This document shows, piece after piece, positions 1-8,091 of a stretch of DNA of 24,000 nucleotides (position 1 is the first letter of the stretch; each line of letters begins with the position of its first letter). The stretch lies in assembly GCA_041165345.1 (NCBI GenBank), contig JBEANQ010000013.1, forward strand, positions 1 to 24,000, in the 5' to 3' direction. A program made the translations under genes and the position numbers. The stretch comes from Pseudomonadota bacterium (GTDB taxonomy: Bacteria; Pseudomonadota; Gammaproteobacteria; Pseudomonadales; Moraxellaceae). The notes under the pieces are model-generated. The model was not told the origin of the DNA and did no database searches. It saw only the letters and a program-made list of their open reading frames with translations.

Positions 1-1140
1 CCGTTTCAACAGGTGTACATGGATGCCGTCAAAGAAGCCGGTTTTCCGGTTAATCATGACTTTAACGGCGCAACCCAAGAAGGCTTAGGCCCGTATCAAG
101 TCACCGAAATCAACGGCGAACGCTGTAGCGCTGCCCGTGGCTACCTGCACCCTTACATGGGCAAACGCGCCAATTTGGTGGTCGAAACCGGCGCAACGGT
201 GCTTAAAATTTTGTTTGAAGGCAAACGTGCGATTGGCGTGCGCTATCAACAAAACGGCAAGACCCACGACCTGTACGCCCACAAAGAAATTTTGCTCAGT
301 GCAGGGGCGCTGCAAACCCCACAAATCTTGATGATCTCGGGCGTGGGACCCGCAGCACAGCTCAAACAACACGGTATTGACGTGGTGCATGACTTGGCAG
401 GGGTCGGTCAAAACCTGCAAGACCATCCCGATTTTATTTTTTGTTTTGAAGCCGACAGCTTGGACTTGGTGGGCATCTCGGTGGGCGGCACGTTCCGCAT
501 GATGAAATCAATTGCCAAGTTTCGCCAAGAACGCCGTGGCATGTTAACCAGCAACTTTGCCGAATACGGCGGCTTTCTCAAAACCGACCCTGCAATGGAT
601 CGCCCAGACATTCAACTGCACTTTGTCATTGGCATTGTTGAAGACCACGCCCGTAAGTTGGTGCTGTCGCATGGGTTTTCCTGTCATACCTGCTTGCTGC
701 GCCCCAAAAGCCGTGGCAGCGTGACTTTAAAAGACGCCAACCCGCACAGCGCCCCGTTGATTGACATTGGCTTTTTGAATCATCCTGATGACCTTGAGCA
801 GATGGTCAATGCCTACAAAACCACCAAAAAACTGCTGGATGCCCCCAGCATTAAACGCTGGATCAAACGCGATACCGCCACAGCCCATGTGCACAGCGAC
901 GACGACATCCGTGCCATTCTGCGCAAACGGGTCGACAGCGTGTACCATCCGGTCGGCACCTGTAAAATGGGCACCGACGATATGGCGGTGGTCAGCCCTG
1001 CCAACCTCAAAGTGTATGGCGTGGAAGGACTGCGGGTCATTGATGCCTCGATCATGCCCACCGTGGTCAGCGGCAATACCAACGCGCCCACCATCATGAT
1101 TGCCGAAAAAGCCGTCGACCTGATCCGTGCTGGGGTTTAG
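1..1140 (+). CDS. GMC-family FAD oxidoreductase (choline/alcohol dehydrogenase-like), C-terminal part; the 5' end lies outside the window
   Basis: The frame is open from base 1 (PFQQVYMDAVKEAGFP...). C-terminal GMC-type motifs are present: GALQTPQILMISGVGP, VYHPVGTCKMG, GLRVIDASIMP...GNTNAPTIMIAEKA. The family call rests on my recollection of GMC signatures. Confidence 0.85.
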   Translation, partial: PFQQVYMDAVKEAGFPVNHDFNGATQEGLGPYQVTEINGERCSAARGYLHPYMGKRANLVVETGATVLKILFEGKRAIGVRYQQNGKTHDLYAHKEILLSAGALQTPQILMISGVGPAAQLKQHGIDVVHDLAGVGQNLQDHPDFIFCFEADSLDLVGISVGGTFRMMKSIAKFRQERRGMLTSNFAEYGGFLKTDPAMDRPDIQLHFVIGIVEDHARKLVLSHGFSCHTCLLRPKSRGSVTLKDANPHSAPLIDIGFLNHPDDLEQMVNAYKTTKKLLDAPSIKRWIKRDTATAHVHSDDDIRAILRKRVDSVYHPVGTCKMGTDDMAVVSPANLKVYGVEGLRVIDASIMPTVVSGNTNAPTIMIAEKAVDLIRAGV

Positions 1141-1192
1141 TGTGGTGGGTTAAACACCGCCCACAGCTTGAATCGCAGCCGCACCCACACAC

Positions 1193-1219
1193 AGGCCAGC
1201 CATTCGGTTGGCCTTTTTT
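1193..1219 (+). terminator. Rho-independent terminator candidate after the GMC gene
   Basis: Stem AGGCCA (1193-1198) pairs with TGGCCT (1209-1214) across a 10-nt loop. A run of T follows (1214-1219). Confidence 0.6.
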
Positions 1220-1277
1220 AAACCCGCCGGTGTGGCGGCTGACTGACCTTCGGTTTGATTGGATGAACACCCCCACC

Positions 1278-2006
1278 ATGCCCCATAAACACATTTTGCT
1301 GGTCGAAGACGACCCCGCCATCGCCGAACCCCTACACTATGCCCTCAGTCGTGAAGGCTGGGACGTCGCATGGCACACCACTGCACAGGCGGCACTGCAC
1401 GCGCTGGATCAGCAACGCTTTGATTTTTTAATCTTAGATGTCGGGCTGCCCGATTTAAACGGCTTCGATTTATGTCGGCAGATTCGCCAACATCACACCA
1501 CCCCGCTGTTATTTTTAACGGCACGCAATGACGAAATCGACCGCATTATTGGTTTAGAAATTGGCGCAGATGACTACTGCGCCAAGCCCTTTAGTCCACG
1601 GGAAATTATCTCGCGGATCAAAGTGATTTGGCGGCGGATGGAATCAACCCTACCCCCGCTGCCGACCGAACCCGTTCAAGCGCCACAACCGCTCCCCGAC
1701 CCCACCAGCGTCTCGCTGTCATGGGGAGTCTGGCACTATGACGATGCGCGCTGTCAGGTGCATTATCACGGCCAACCTTTACCACTGACCCGCTATGAGC
1801 TGCGCCTGCTGGAAGCCCTGCTGAGAAACCCCGAACGGGTACTCAGTCGCGCCCAATTAATGGCACAAGCATGGCAACACCCCGACCACAGCCTAGAGCG
1901 TACCATTGACAGCCACATCAAAACGCTACGGCAAAAACTACGTGCTGTGCATCCCACCGACCCAATTGTGACGCATCGTGGCTTGGGCTATCGGTTGAGT
2001 CGTTAA
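1278..2006 (+). CDS. creB: OmpR-family response regulator, CreB-like
   Basis: Receiver domain (MPHKHILLVEDDP..., LILDVGLPDLNGF, KPF) plus a C-terminal winged-helix (LTRYELRLLEALL..., THRGLGYRL). creC follows 1 nt later and creD lies downstream. The ORF-track start at 1140 is rejected because that extension runs through the upstream terminator. ATG 1263 is an alternative start. Confidence 0.8.
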   Translation: MPHKHILLVEDDPAIAEPLHYALSREGWDVAWHTTAQAALHALDQQRFDFLILDVGLPDLNGFDLCRQIRQHHTTPLLFLTARNDEIDRIIGLEIGADDYCAKPFSPREIISRIKVIWRRMESTLPPLPTEPVQAPQPLPDPTSVSLSWGVWHYDDARCQVHYHGQPLPLTRYELRLLEALLRNPERVLSRAQLMAQAWQHPDHSLERTIDSHIKTLRQKLRAVHPTDPIVTHRGLGYRLSR

Positions 2007-2007
2007 G

Positions 2008-3420
2008 ATGTCGATTTTTGTCCGCATTTGGCTGGCACTGGCGACCGTGCTGTTGATCGGCAGCTTGTTACTGCTCAATACCCTACAACGCCAAATCAAA
2101 CCCAATATGCGCCAAGTGGTCGAAGACACCCTTGCCGACAACGCACAAATCATTGCCGCTTTGGTAGCCGATGACGTGGCGGCTGGACGCATCAACCAAG
2201 CAGCGTTTGACCGCGAGATTCAGGCCACACTCAAGCGGCCGCTCCATGCCAAAATTTGGCTCATGACCAAAAATGACGTGCAGCAACAACTGTATATCAC
2301 CAATGCACAGGGCATCGTGCTGTACGACTCGACCGGACAACATCGGGGCGACGATTTTTCGCGCTGGAATGATGTGTACCGCACCCTGCGTGGACAATAT
2401 GGCGCGCGCTCAACCCGCAGCGACCCCAACGACGACACCAGCTCGACCATGTATGTGGCCGCACCAGTCGTGTGGCGCGGTCAACTGCTGGGGGTGGTGA
2501 GCGTGGGCAAAGCCGGACGAGCCGTCCAGCCGTATATCGACCAAGCCCAACACGACATGCTCACCAGCGCCGCCGCCATGCTGCTTATTTCGCTGCTGTT
2601 GGGCGCATTGATTGCCCTCTGGCTGCGTCACAGCATTAACCAAGTGCGCCGCTATGCTTTGGCACTCGCCCCGCTCGGCCAGCCCGCCCCGCATTTTTTT
2701 TCGGCACGAGAACTCAATGACCTGACCCAAGCAGTCGAGCAAATGCGCAATCAATTGGAAGACCGCGCCTATGTTGAGCAATACATTCACACCCTAACCC
2801 ATGAACTCAAAAGCCCACTGACCGCCATCAGTGCCAGCGCCGAACTACTACAAGACGACCTGCCCCGCGCCGACCAACACCGTTTTGCCCGCAACATCAG
2901 CCAACAAACCGAACGCCTGCACCACCTGATCGAACGCCTATTGGTGCTAGCACGGCTTGAACAACGCCATGATGAATTTGTACGCCAACCGGTTGATCTG
3001 GTGGCGATCATCAACACCTTAATGGAACAACGGCATAGCCTGATCGTCAGCAAGCAACTGGTCGTGGGCAATACCCTGCCGCAAACCCTTGCTCTACACG
3101 CCGAACCTTTTTGGCTGGCGCAGGCGTTGGGCAATGTGCTGGATAACGCCATCGACTTTTGTCCACAAGGGGGACAACTGCGGCTGTCGGTGCTGGCCGA
3201 CACAGCAGGCATTCAACTGTGCATCGACAACGAGGGAGCGACGATTCCCGACTACGCCTTGCCCCAAGTGTTTGATCGCTATTACTCGCTACCGCGCCCT
3301 AATGGTCGCAAAGGCACCGGTATCGGTTTGACCTTAGTCAAAGAAGTCATGACACGGCATCAGGGGCGTATTGATGTGTGTAATGTGGCCAATGGCGTGC
3401 GGGTGGTGTTGGTGTTTTAA
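2008..3420 (+). CDS. creC: Sensor histidine kinase, CreC-like
   Basis: 470 aa. N-terminal TM, periplasmic region and second TM (AAMLLISLLLGALIALWL). H-box HELKSPLTAI. N/G boxes NVLDNAIDF and GTGIGL. Its size and its position after creB match CreC. Confidence 0.8.
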   Translation: MSIFVRIWLALATVLLIGSLLLLNTLQRQIKPNMRQVVEDTLADNAQIIAALVADDVAAGRINQAAFDREIQATLKRPLHAKIWLMTKNDVQQQLYITNAQGIVLYDSTGQHRGDDFSRWNDVYRTLRGQYGARSTRSDPNDDTSSTMYVAAPVVWRGQLLGVVSVGKAGRAVQPYIDQAQHDMLTSAAAMLLISLLLGALIALWLRHSINQVRRYALALAPLGQPAPHFFSARELNDLTQAVEQMRNQLEDRAYVEQYIHTLTHELKSPLTAISASAELLQDDLPRADQHRFARNISQQTERLHHLIERLLVLARLEQRHDEFVRQPVDLVAIINTLMEQRHSLIVSKQLVVGNTLPQTLALHAEPFWLAQALGNVLDNAIDFCPQGGQLRLSVLADTAGIQLCIDNEGATIPDYALPQVFDRYYSLPRPNGRKGTGIGLTLVKEVMTRHQGRIDVCNVANGVRVVLVF

Positions 3421-3457
3421 TCGATTGGCTACTCGCTGCACACGCTCAGACATCACA

Positions 3458-3480
3458 AAACCCATGACATTGATGGGTTG
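3458..3480 (+). terminator. Weak hairpin after creC
   Basis: AACCCAT (3459-3465) pairs with ATGGGTT (3473-3479). The following GATTTTG gives only a poor U-tract. Confidence 0.35.
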
Positions 3481-3645
3481 ATTTTGCTGATGTCTCATGT
3501 TTGATGCCAATAATGCACGCTTATCGCTTGCTTAGCCGACGATTTTTTCCCGTTTTCTGAGACGCCCCACAATCATCTTGGGTGTTTTTGGCTCACCAAA
3601 TGAGCCGAATGTTGGCTATAATCGGCTCACTCGACGTCATCTTGT

Positions 3646-4782
3646 TTGGGGAACGGGTTGCATACTCTAGACACACCGTGGATTTGGCAACATGAAGCAT
3701 GGCCTAACTTCACATGGGATGAACATCAACTTTCCCCATCTTTACGCCATCTGCACTATCAACTGGGTGTATTGGTTGGCGCATCCTTGCCCGATCAATC
3801 CCGTGAGCAACAACTTGATGCCTTGCTGCAAAACCTGCTGTGCTCCTCAGCGATTGAAGGCGAGTCTTTAAATGCACAATCCGTGCGCTCGTCCCTCGCC
3901 AAACGCTTAGGCTTGCACAGTGACACCCCCTATCCAACCTCATTACGCTCGGAAGGTTTGGCCCAGATGATGATGGATGCAATTACGCAACTGGATCATC
4001 CGCTCACGATCAATCAGTTATTTCAATGGCATACATGGTTATTCCCCGAACAAAACGTGTGGACGGGTCGCATTTGTGTGGGCGCGCTGCGTGGTGATGA
4101 GCCGATGCAAGTGGTATCAGGGCGTATTGATCGTCCAACGGTTCACTTTGAAGCACCGCCTCGAGTGAATCTTGAGCAACGTGTACAGCAATTTGTCGAT
4201 TGGTTTAACAACAGCGCACACCAGCAGCATCTTGATCCATTAGTTCGTGCGGCCATCACCCACCTCTGGTTTGTAACACTGCACCCTTTTGATGACGGGA
4301 ATGGCCGTATCACCAGAGCCTTAACCGATCGTGCGTTGGCACAAGGTGATTCACACAGTATTCGACTGTATGCCATGTCGATTGCGATTTTGGATCACCG
4401 TCAGGGGTACTACGATATTTTGGAGCACACTCAACGTGGTGGTTTGGATATCACCCATTGGTTGGTCTGGTTTTGCCAGATCCTTACCACAACCATCGAG
4501 ACCGCACTCGCGCAAGTCCAACACACCCTACAAAAAACGCGATTTTGGCGTCAGCATGATCTGACCGAATTACTGCCAGAACAAAAGAAGGTGGTGAATC
4601 GGTTGCTTGATGGGGATTTTGCTGAGGGCATCAATGCCAGCAAATATCAGGCCGTTGCGCGTGTCAGTAAGCCAACCGCCACGCGACATTTGAGCGATCT
4701 CGTGAAAAAAGGCTGCCTAAAAAAGCAAGAAGGTGGTGGGCGTAACACACGCTATGCGTTAAATCATGAAAATCACGAATAA
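3646..4782 (+). CDS. Fic family protein (DUF4172-type N-terminus, Fic domain, C-terminal winged-helix)
   Basis: Fic core HPFDDGNGRITR at 4282-4317. N-terminal inhibitory-helix motif SSAIEG, i.e. (S/T)xxxE(G/N), at 3844-3861. N-terminus ...PWIWQHEAWPNFTW is typical of DUF4172. The track start is a TTG, so the exact start is uncertain. Confidence 0.85.
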   Translation: MGNGLHTLDTPWIWQHEAWPNFTWDEHQLSPSLRHLHYQLGVLVGASLPDQSREQQLDALLQNLLCSSAIEGESLNAQSVRSSLAKRLGLHSDTPYPTSLRSEGLAQMMMDAITQLDHPLTINQLFQWHTWLFPEQNVWTGRICVGALRGDEPMQVVSGRIDRPTVHFEAPPRVNLEQRVQQFVDWFNNSAHQQHLDPLVRAAITHLWFVTLHPFDDGNGRITRALTDRALAQGDSHSIRLYAMSIAILDHRQGYYDILEHTQRGGLDITHWLVWFCQILTTTIETALAQVQHTLQKTRFWRQHDLTELLPEQKKVVNRLLDGDFAEGINASKYQAVARVSKPTATRHLSDLVKKGCLKKQEGGGRNTRYALNHENHE

Positions 4783-4823
4783 GCTAAATACAATCAATCA
4801 ATTAGATCACTATTTTCAGGGAC

Positions 4824-4872
4824 GCTCACTTGGAATTGTTTGAGCCATGGATGGAGATTTTTCCAAGTGAGC
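4824..4872. repeat. 12-bp perfect inverted repeat, possible bidirectional terminator
   Basis: GCTCACTTGGAA (4824-4835) and TTCCAAGTGAGC (4861-4872) are separated by 25 nt and followed by AGGGTTTTTG. It lies between the convergent Fic gene and the small ORF. Confidence 0.4.
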
Positions 4873-4897
4873 AGGGTTTTTGCTTACTTTTGACCCG

Positions 4898-5086
4898 TCA
4901 AACGTGAAGCCAGCCTTTATAGCGAATCGTACTTTGGCTAATGGTCACAATCTTGCCTGTCGCGACTGCGTCTTTCACATCTTGGATGATCAGGGCTTTG
5001 TCTGCACGCTGTGACTGGCCTATGACAAATGACCTCAGCCTGACCTTCATCAGCTGGTATCTTTTTATTGTACTGTATTGATCCAT
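4898..5086 (-). CDS. Small hypothetical ORF (62 aa), unassigned
   Basis: ATG start at 5086. It is the only ORF of this size in the 4783-5191 gap. I recognise no motif with confidence, though there is a faint resemblance to DUF4258-like small proteins. It may not be expressed. Confidence 0.3.
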   Translation of the reverse strand: MDQYSTIKRYQLMKVRLRSFVIGQSQRADKALIIQDVKDAVATGKIVTISQSTIRYKGWLHV

Positions 5087-5092
5087 CGAATC

Positions 5093-5108
5093 TTCACACA
5101 GCTTTCAT
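5093..5108 (+). promoter_or_regulatory. cre-tag-like CreB binding site candidate
   Basis: TTCAC-ACAGCT-TTCAT matches the E. coli cre tag TTCACnnnnnnTTCAC at 9 of 10 specified bases. It lies 84-99 nt upstream of the creD start, inside a 105-bp intergenic region. Confidence 0.5.
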
Positions 5109-5191
5109 CAACACCACACCGCACCCGCACCCACACCCCATCGGCAAGCCCCATGCTGTATTGCATCAGGACTTGACCGAGAATATCCCTC

Positions 5192-6646
5192 ATGCAAAAA
5201 ACACTCACCCTTAAAATTGGTCTCATGCTGCTGATCATGATTGGGTTTTTGGTGCTGTTTGCCATGCTGCGTGGCATCGTACACGAGCGCCAAGGCCGTT
5301 ATCAGCAGGTGATGAGCGAGATCAGCCGTGACAACGTGCGCAGTCAATCCGTCCTCGGGCCCTTTATTGTGGTGCCTGTAGAGACCGTCGAGCAGTGTGT
5401 CAACGACGATCAAAAAACTGTCCCCTGTACCACCACCACCACCACCACCACCCAACGCGTCATTGTGCCCAAAAGCAGCCAGTGGACGAATACACTAACG
5501 GTCGATCCACACAGCTATCAGCGTGGCATTTATCATGCCCTCACCTATCAAAACCGCCTGAGCTTAACCGGTCAATTTGTGCCCGATGCCAGCCTGCTCA
5601 AACCCGCCGCCAACCAAACCGTGCAATGGGCAGAGGCCAAGCTATACCTGAGTTTGTCAGACCTGCGGGGTCTAAACAGCCAACCGGTTTTGACAGTGAA
5701 TCAACAAAAATATGTCTTTGAACTGCCCAGTGATGGCGAAACCGCCCCGTTTAACCTGCCTTACACCCGTCTCAACCTTGGCGTGATCGCGCAGCAACCC
5801 AGCTTACAGTTTCAGCTTGATGTGGCATTTGCAGGGATGGACAGCCTTGCCGTACAACCCTTGGGCAAAGACATGCACATGACCGTCCATGCCAACTGGC
5901 CGCATCCGAGTTTTTTTGGTGGTCAATTGCCCAGCAAGCAACTGCGCGCCAAGGATTTTAGCGCCACGTGGCAAAGCAGTTATTTGTCCAATCAAAACAG
6001 CCAAACCCTTGTGGCATGTATCACGCAACAAAAAAACGCCAGTTGTGATCAGCTACAACCCCGCTATAGCGCGGTGTCAGAATATGACCTGCGCGAGCAA
6101 GGCGATGCGGTCACTCAGATGTTTGGGGTGCGCTTTGTCGATCCTGTGAACGTGTATCTGTTGACCGACCGCACCTTAAAATATGCGCTGTTGTTTGTGG
6201 TGCTGACCTTTGCCGCGTTCTTTTTGTTTGAAGTGTTAAAAGACCTGCGCATTCACCCAATTCAATACACCTTGGTGGGCATGGCCTTGGCAACGTTTTA
6301 TCTGTTGTTGCTGTCGTTTAGTGAACACATCGCGTTTGGGCTGGCGTACCTCGGCTCAAGTGTGGCCTGCGTACTGCTGATTTGTTGCTATGTGTCGTTT
6401 GTGCTGCATGGGATTAGACGTGCGCTGGGTCTGGGGGTGATTCTGTCGGCCATGTACGGCACGTTGTATGTGATTTTGCAGTCCGAAGACCATGCCTTAG
6501 TGCTGGGATCGGTGCTGGTGTTTGTGGTGATTGCCAGCATCATGCTGATCACACGGCACGTTGATTGGTATCAGATTGGCCAACGCGGTCGGCCTTTGCC
6601 AAGCCAGACACCCGCTCACAGGCCCCCTGCGCCATTGTCAGAATAA
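5192..6646 (+). CDS. creD: Inner-membrane protein CreD (cell envelope integrity protein)
   Basis: 484 aa. N-terminal TM followed by LRGIVHERQ, then a long periplasmic region and a C-terminal cluster of about 5 TM helices. This architecture and N-terminal motif are as I recall for CreD. The gene sits in the creBC neighbourhood. Confidence 0.8.
   Translation: MQKTLTLKIGLMLLIMIGFLVLFAMLRGIVHERQGRYQQVMSEISRDNVRSQSVLGPFIVVPVETVEQCVNDDQKTVPCTTTTTTTTQRVIVPKSSQWTNTLTVDPHSYQRGIYHALTYQNRLSLTGQFVPDASLLKPAANQTVQWAEAKLYLSLSDLRGLNSQPVLTVNQQKYVFELPSDGETAPFNLPYTRLNLGVIAQQPSLQFQLDVAFAGMDSLAVQPLGKDMHMTVHANWPHPSFFGGQLPSKQLRAKDFSATWQSSYLSNQNSQTLVACITQQKNASCDQLQPRYSAVSEYDLREQGDAVTQMFGVRFVDPVNVYLLTDRTLKYALLFVVLTFAAFFLFEVLKDLRIHPIQYTLVGMALATFYLLLLSFSEHIAFGLAYLGSSVACVLLICCYVSFVLHGIRRALGLGVILSAMYGTLYVILQSEDHALVLGSVLVFVVIASIMLITRHVDWYQIGQRGRPLPSQTPAHRPPAPLSE
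5429..5452 (+). repeat. (ACC)8 trinucleotide repeat inside creD, encoding Thr8
   Basis: Eight consecutive ACC codons are read directly from the sequence (CTTTTTTTTQ in the protein). Confidence 0.95.
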
Positions 6647-6707
6647 GACTGCTTGGGGCGGCGGTCACGTCGTCCCCGTTTTGCATCCTCACACAAGGTC
6701 ACCGCTC

Positions 6708-7139
6708 ATGCATACCGTACACGCCCTGCAACTCCCCGACGCGCTGCAACACCTGATTGGGCAATCACGCCAACAGGCACACCAGACGCTTGGCCAATCG
6801 TTAGACGCTCCCCTACAGGTGATTGCAGGGTTAGATCATTTGGATGACAGCCGCCGCGAATGGTTTCCGCACTATCAACTCAGCCTGCGCTATGACCTCA
6901 ATGATTGCGTACAGAGCATCACGCTGGGCGCACAGGCCAATGTACAGTTTGAACAGCAACCGATTAGCCAGCTCAGCCGCCGCGCCTTGGTCCAGCGCTA
7001 TCGTGAGCGACAACAGCCCTTGCTCAATTTGGGTAGTGTGCTGGTCAGTTTGTCAGAAGGGCTGAGCTTTTGTTTTCGGCGGCAACAACTGACCTGTGTT
7101 TATTGGTCGGCAGACGCTGCATCAAACGGTGTGCAATAA
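6708..7139 (+). CDS. Hypothetical protein (143 aa)
   Basis: The ORF-track frame is 6561-7139. I prefer ATG 6708 (MHTVHALQLP...) because the upstream part overlaps the creD 3' end. No recognisable motifs. The 3' end overlaps the convergent methyltransferase gene by 40 nt. Confidence 0.45.
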   Translation: MHTVHALQLPDALQHLIGQSRQQAHQTLGQSLDAPLQVIAGLDHLDDSRREWFPHYQLSLRYDLNDCVQSITLGAQANVQFEQQPISQLSRRALVQRYRERQQPLLNLGSVLVSLSEGLSFCFRRQQLTCVYWSADAASNGVQ

Positions 7140-7726
7140 CCCAACGGCTTGACCATGCGTAGCTCGGCGCACGGCTCACCACGCGCCAAATATTTGATCT
7201 CAAAATGCGTGCGGCCTGCGCCCACTTGTTCGGCGTTGACCGCATGACGAGTCACCGGCAATTGCCACACCTGACGCGCGTGTTGCTCGGCTTCATCTAC
7301 ATAACTCACGATATTACTGGCCAGCACAATCTGGGCATTGGCCTGCAAACGCGACAACAAAAACGCAAAAAACGGCATATTTAACCAGCGCTGGGCAGGG
7401 TTTTTAGGCTCAGGGTTGGGGTACAAAATAAATAGTTGAGACACACTGGCCGGCGGTAAGGCATGCACCACCCACGGCAACGCATCGGCATGAATGGGGG
7501 TTAAATTGGGCCTTGGGTCACTGACAAACGATTGCTGAAATTTTTGGAACTTCTCGGCGGTGCGCTCAATAGCGATCAGGTCAATGTCTGGATGTTGCCG
7601 CGCACAGGTCAAGGCATGCAAGCCCACCCCTGCACCAATTTCCAGCCACAGGGGTCGGTCGGTTGGCAAGGTAGGCGGCACAAAATCACGCGGTGGACTT
7701 AAGGCATCAGGGCGAAACAGGCGCAT
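7100..7726 (-). CDS. Class I SAM-dependent methyltransferase, TrmB-like
   Basis: SAM-binding LEIGAGVG, then LIAIE, then ILYPNPEPKNPAQRW (compare FPDPWxK...KRR in TrmB), then THFEIKYLARG (compare TKFEQRG). ATG 7726 (MRLFRPD...) is preferred over 7765. Confidence 0.65.
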   Translation of the reverse strand: MRLFRPDALSPPRDFVPPTLPTDRPLWLEIGAGVGLHALTCARQHPDIDLIAIERTAEKFQKFQQSFVSDPRPNLTPIHADALPWVVHALPPASVSQLFILYPNPEPKNPAQRWLNMPFFAFLLSRLQANAQIVLASNIVSYVDEAEQHARQVWQLPVTRHAVNAEQVGAGRTHFEIKYLARGEPCAELRMVKPLGYCTPFDAASADQ

Positions 7727-7800
7727 GGCAGACCAGACACAAAGGCAAGATGCGCTATTATCCAAGGTTTAAGCCAGATTCATAGCCCAAGGGCATTGCC

Positions 7801-8046
7801 ATGACTGCATCAAACGACCCTAGCACAGCCATCCCCACGCCAACCACGACATCAAGCATCAGCCAAGTGCCTTGCCCACGCTGCCGCAAACTCAGTGCGT
7901 GGACGGGCAACCCCGACCGACCGTTTTGCTCTGAACGCTGCAAAATGATCGACCTTGGCGCATGGGCAAGCGAAGAATACGCAGTCGCTGCCGAGACCAG
8001 CCCACTGTCAGGCGAGCTGGGTCACAACGACTTTCAAGACGACTAA
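7801..8046 (+). CDS. yacG: DNA gyrase inhibitor YacG (zinc-binding)
   Basis: CPRC...[19 protein letters not shown] is the YacG zinc-ribbon signature. The N-terminal Thr/Ser/Pro-rich extension is longer than in E. coli YacG, so the start is uncertain. Confidence 0.8.
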   Translation: MTASNDPSTAIPTPTTTSSISQVPCPRCRKLSAWTGNPDRPFCSERCKMIDLGAWASEEYAVAAETSPLSGELGHNDFQDD

Positions 8047-8091
8047 CATCGCCAACCGCCCACAAGACGCTTCACCGTCCAGACAGGCAGG

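Noticed and set aside
85-426. Antisense and alternative-frame ORFs from the track that lie wholly inside well-supported genes. Examples: 85-426 (-), 813-1097 (-), 2410-2790 (-), 2787-3212 (-), 9141-9593 (+), 19731-20225 (-), 22099-22452 (-), 22883-23254 (+), 23596-23883 (-).
   Set aside because: Each is embedded in a longer ORF with clear family motifs on the other strand or frame. In GC-rich DNA such shadow ORFs are expected. None has a recognisable motif or RBS.
1179-1190. The 12-mer CCGCACCCACAC occurs upstream of both creB (1179-1190) and creD (5125-5136), so I considered it as a shared regulatory site.
   Set aside because: In a 24-kb window, on the order of ten or more exact 12-mer repeats are expected by chance. 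The first copy lies before the terminator of the upstream gene, and both sit in generally CA-rich stretches.
1140-1277. The long N-terminal extension of the creB ORF as given in the track (start 1140).
   Set aside because: The extension starts on a GTG that overlaps the upstream stop codon. It reads through a good rho-independent terminator (1193-1219) and adds a non-receiver, Trp/Pro-rich leader. The receiver domain begins right after ATG 1278.
3588-3630. GGCTCAC/TGAGCC words and a TATAAT hexamer (3617-3622) upstream of the Fic gene, considered as a promoter-operator.
   Set aside because: The only -35-like hexamer (TTGGCT, 3588-3593) is 23 nt from the TATAAT, which is too far. The palindromic words are short. 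I keep it only as a weak possibility and do not annotate it.
5108-5455. A 115-aa minus-strand ORF beginning with a poly-Gly run.
   Set aside because: The Gly run is simply the reverse complement of the (ACC)8 tract inside creD. The ORF also spans the creD promoter and 5' end and has no independent support.
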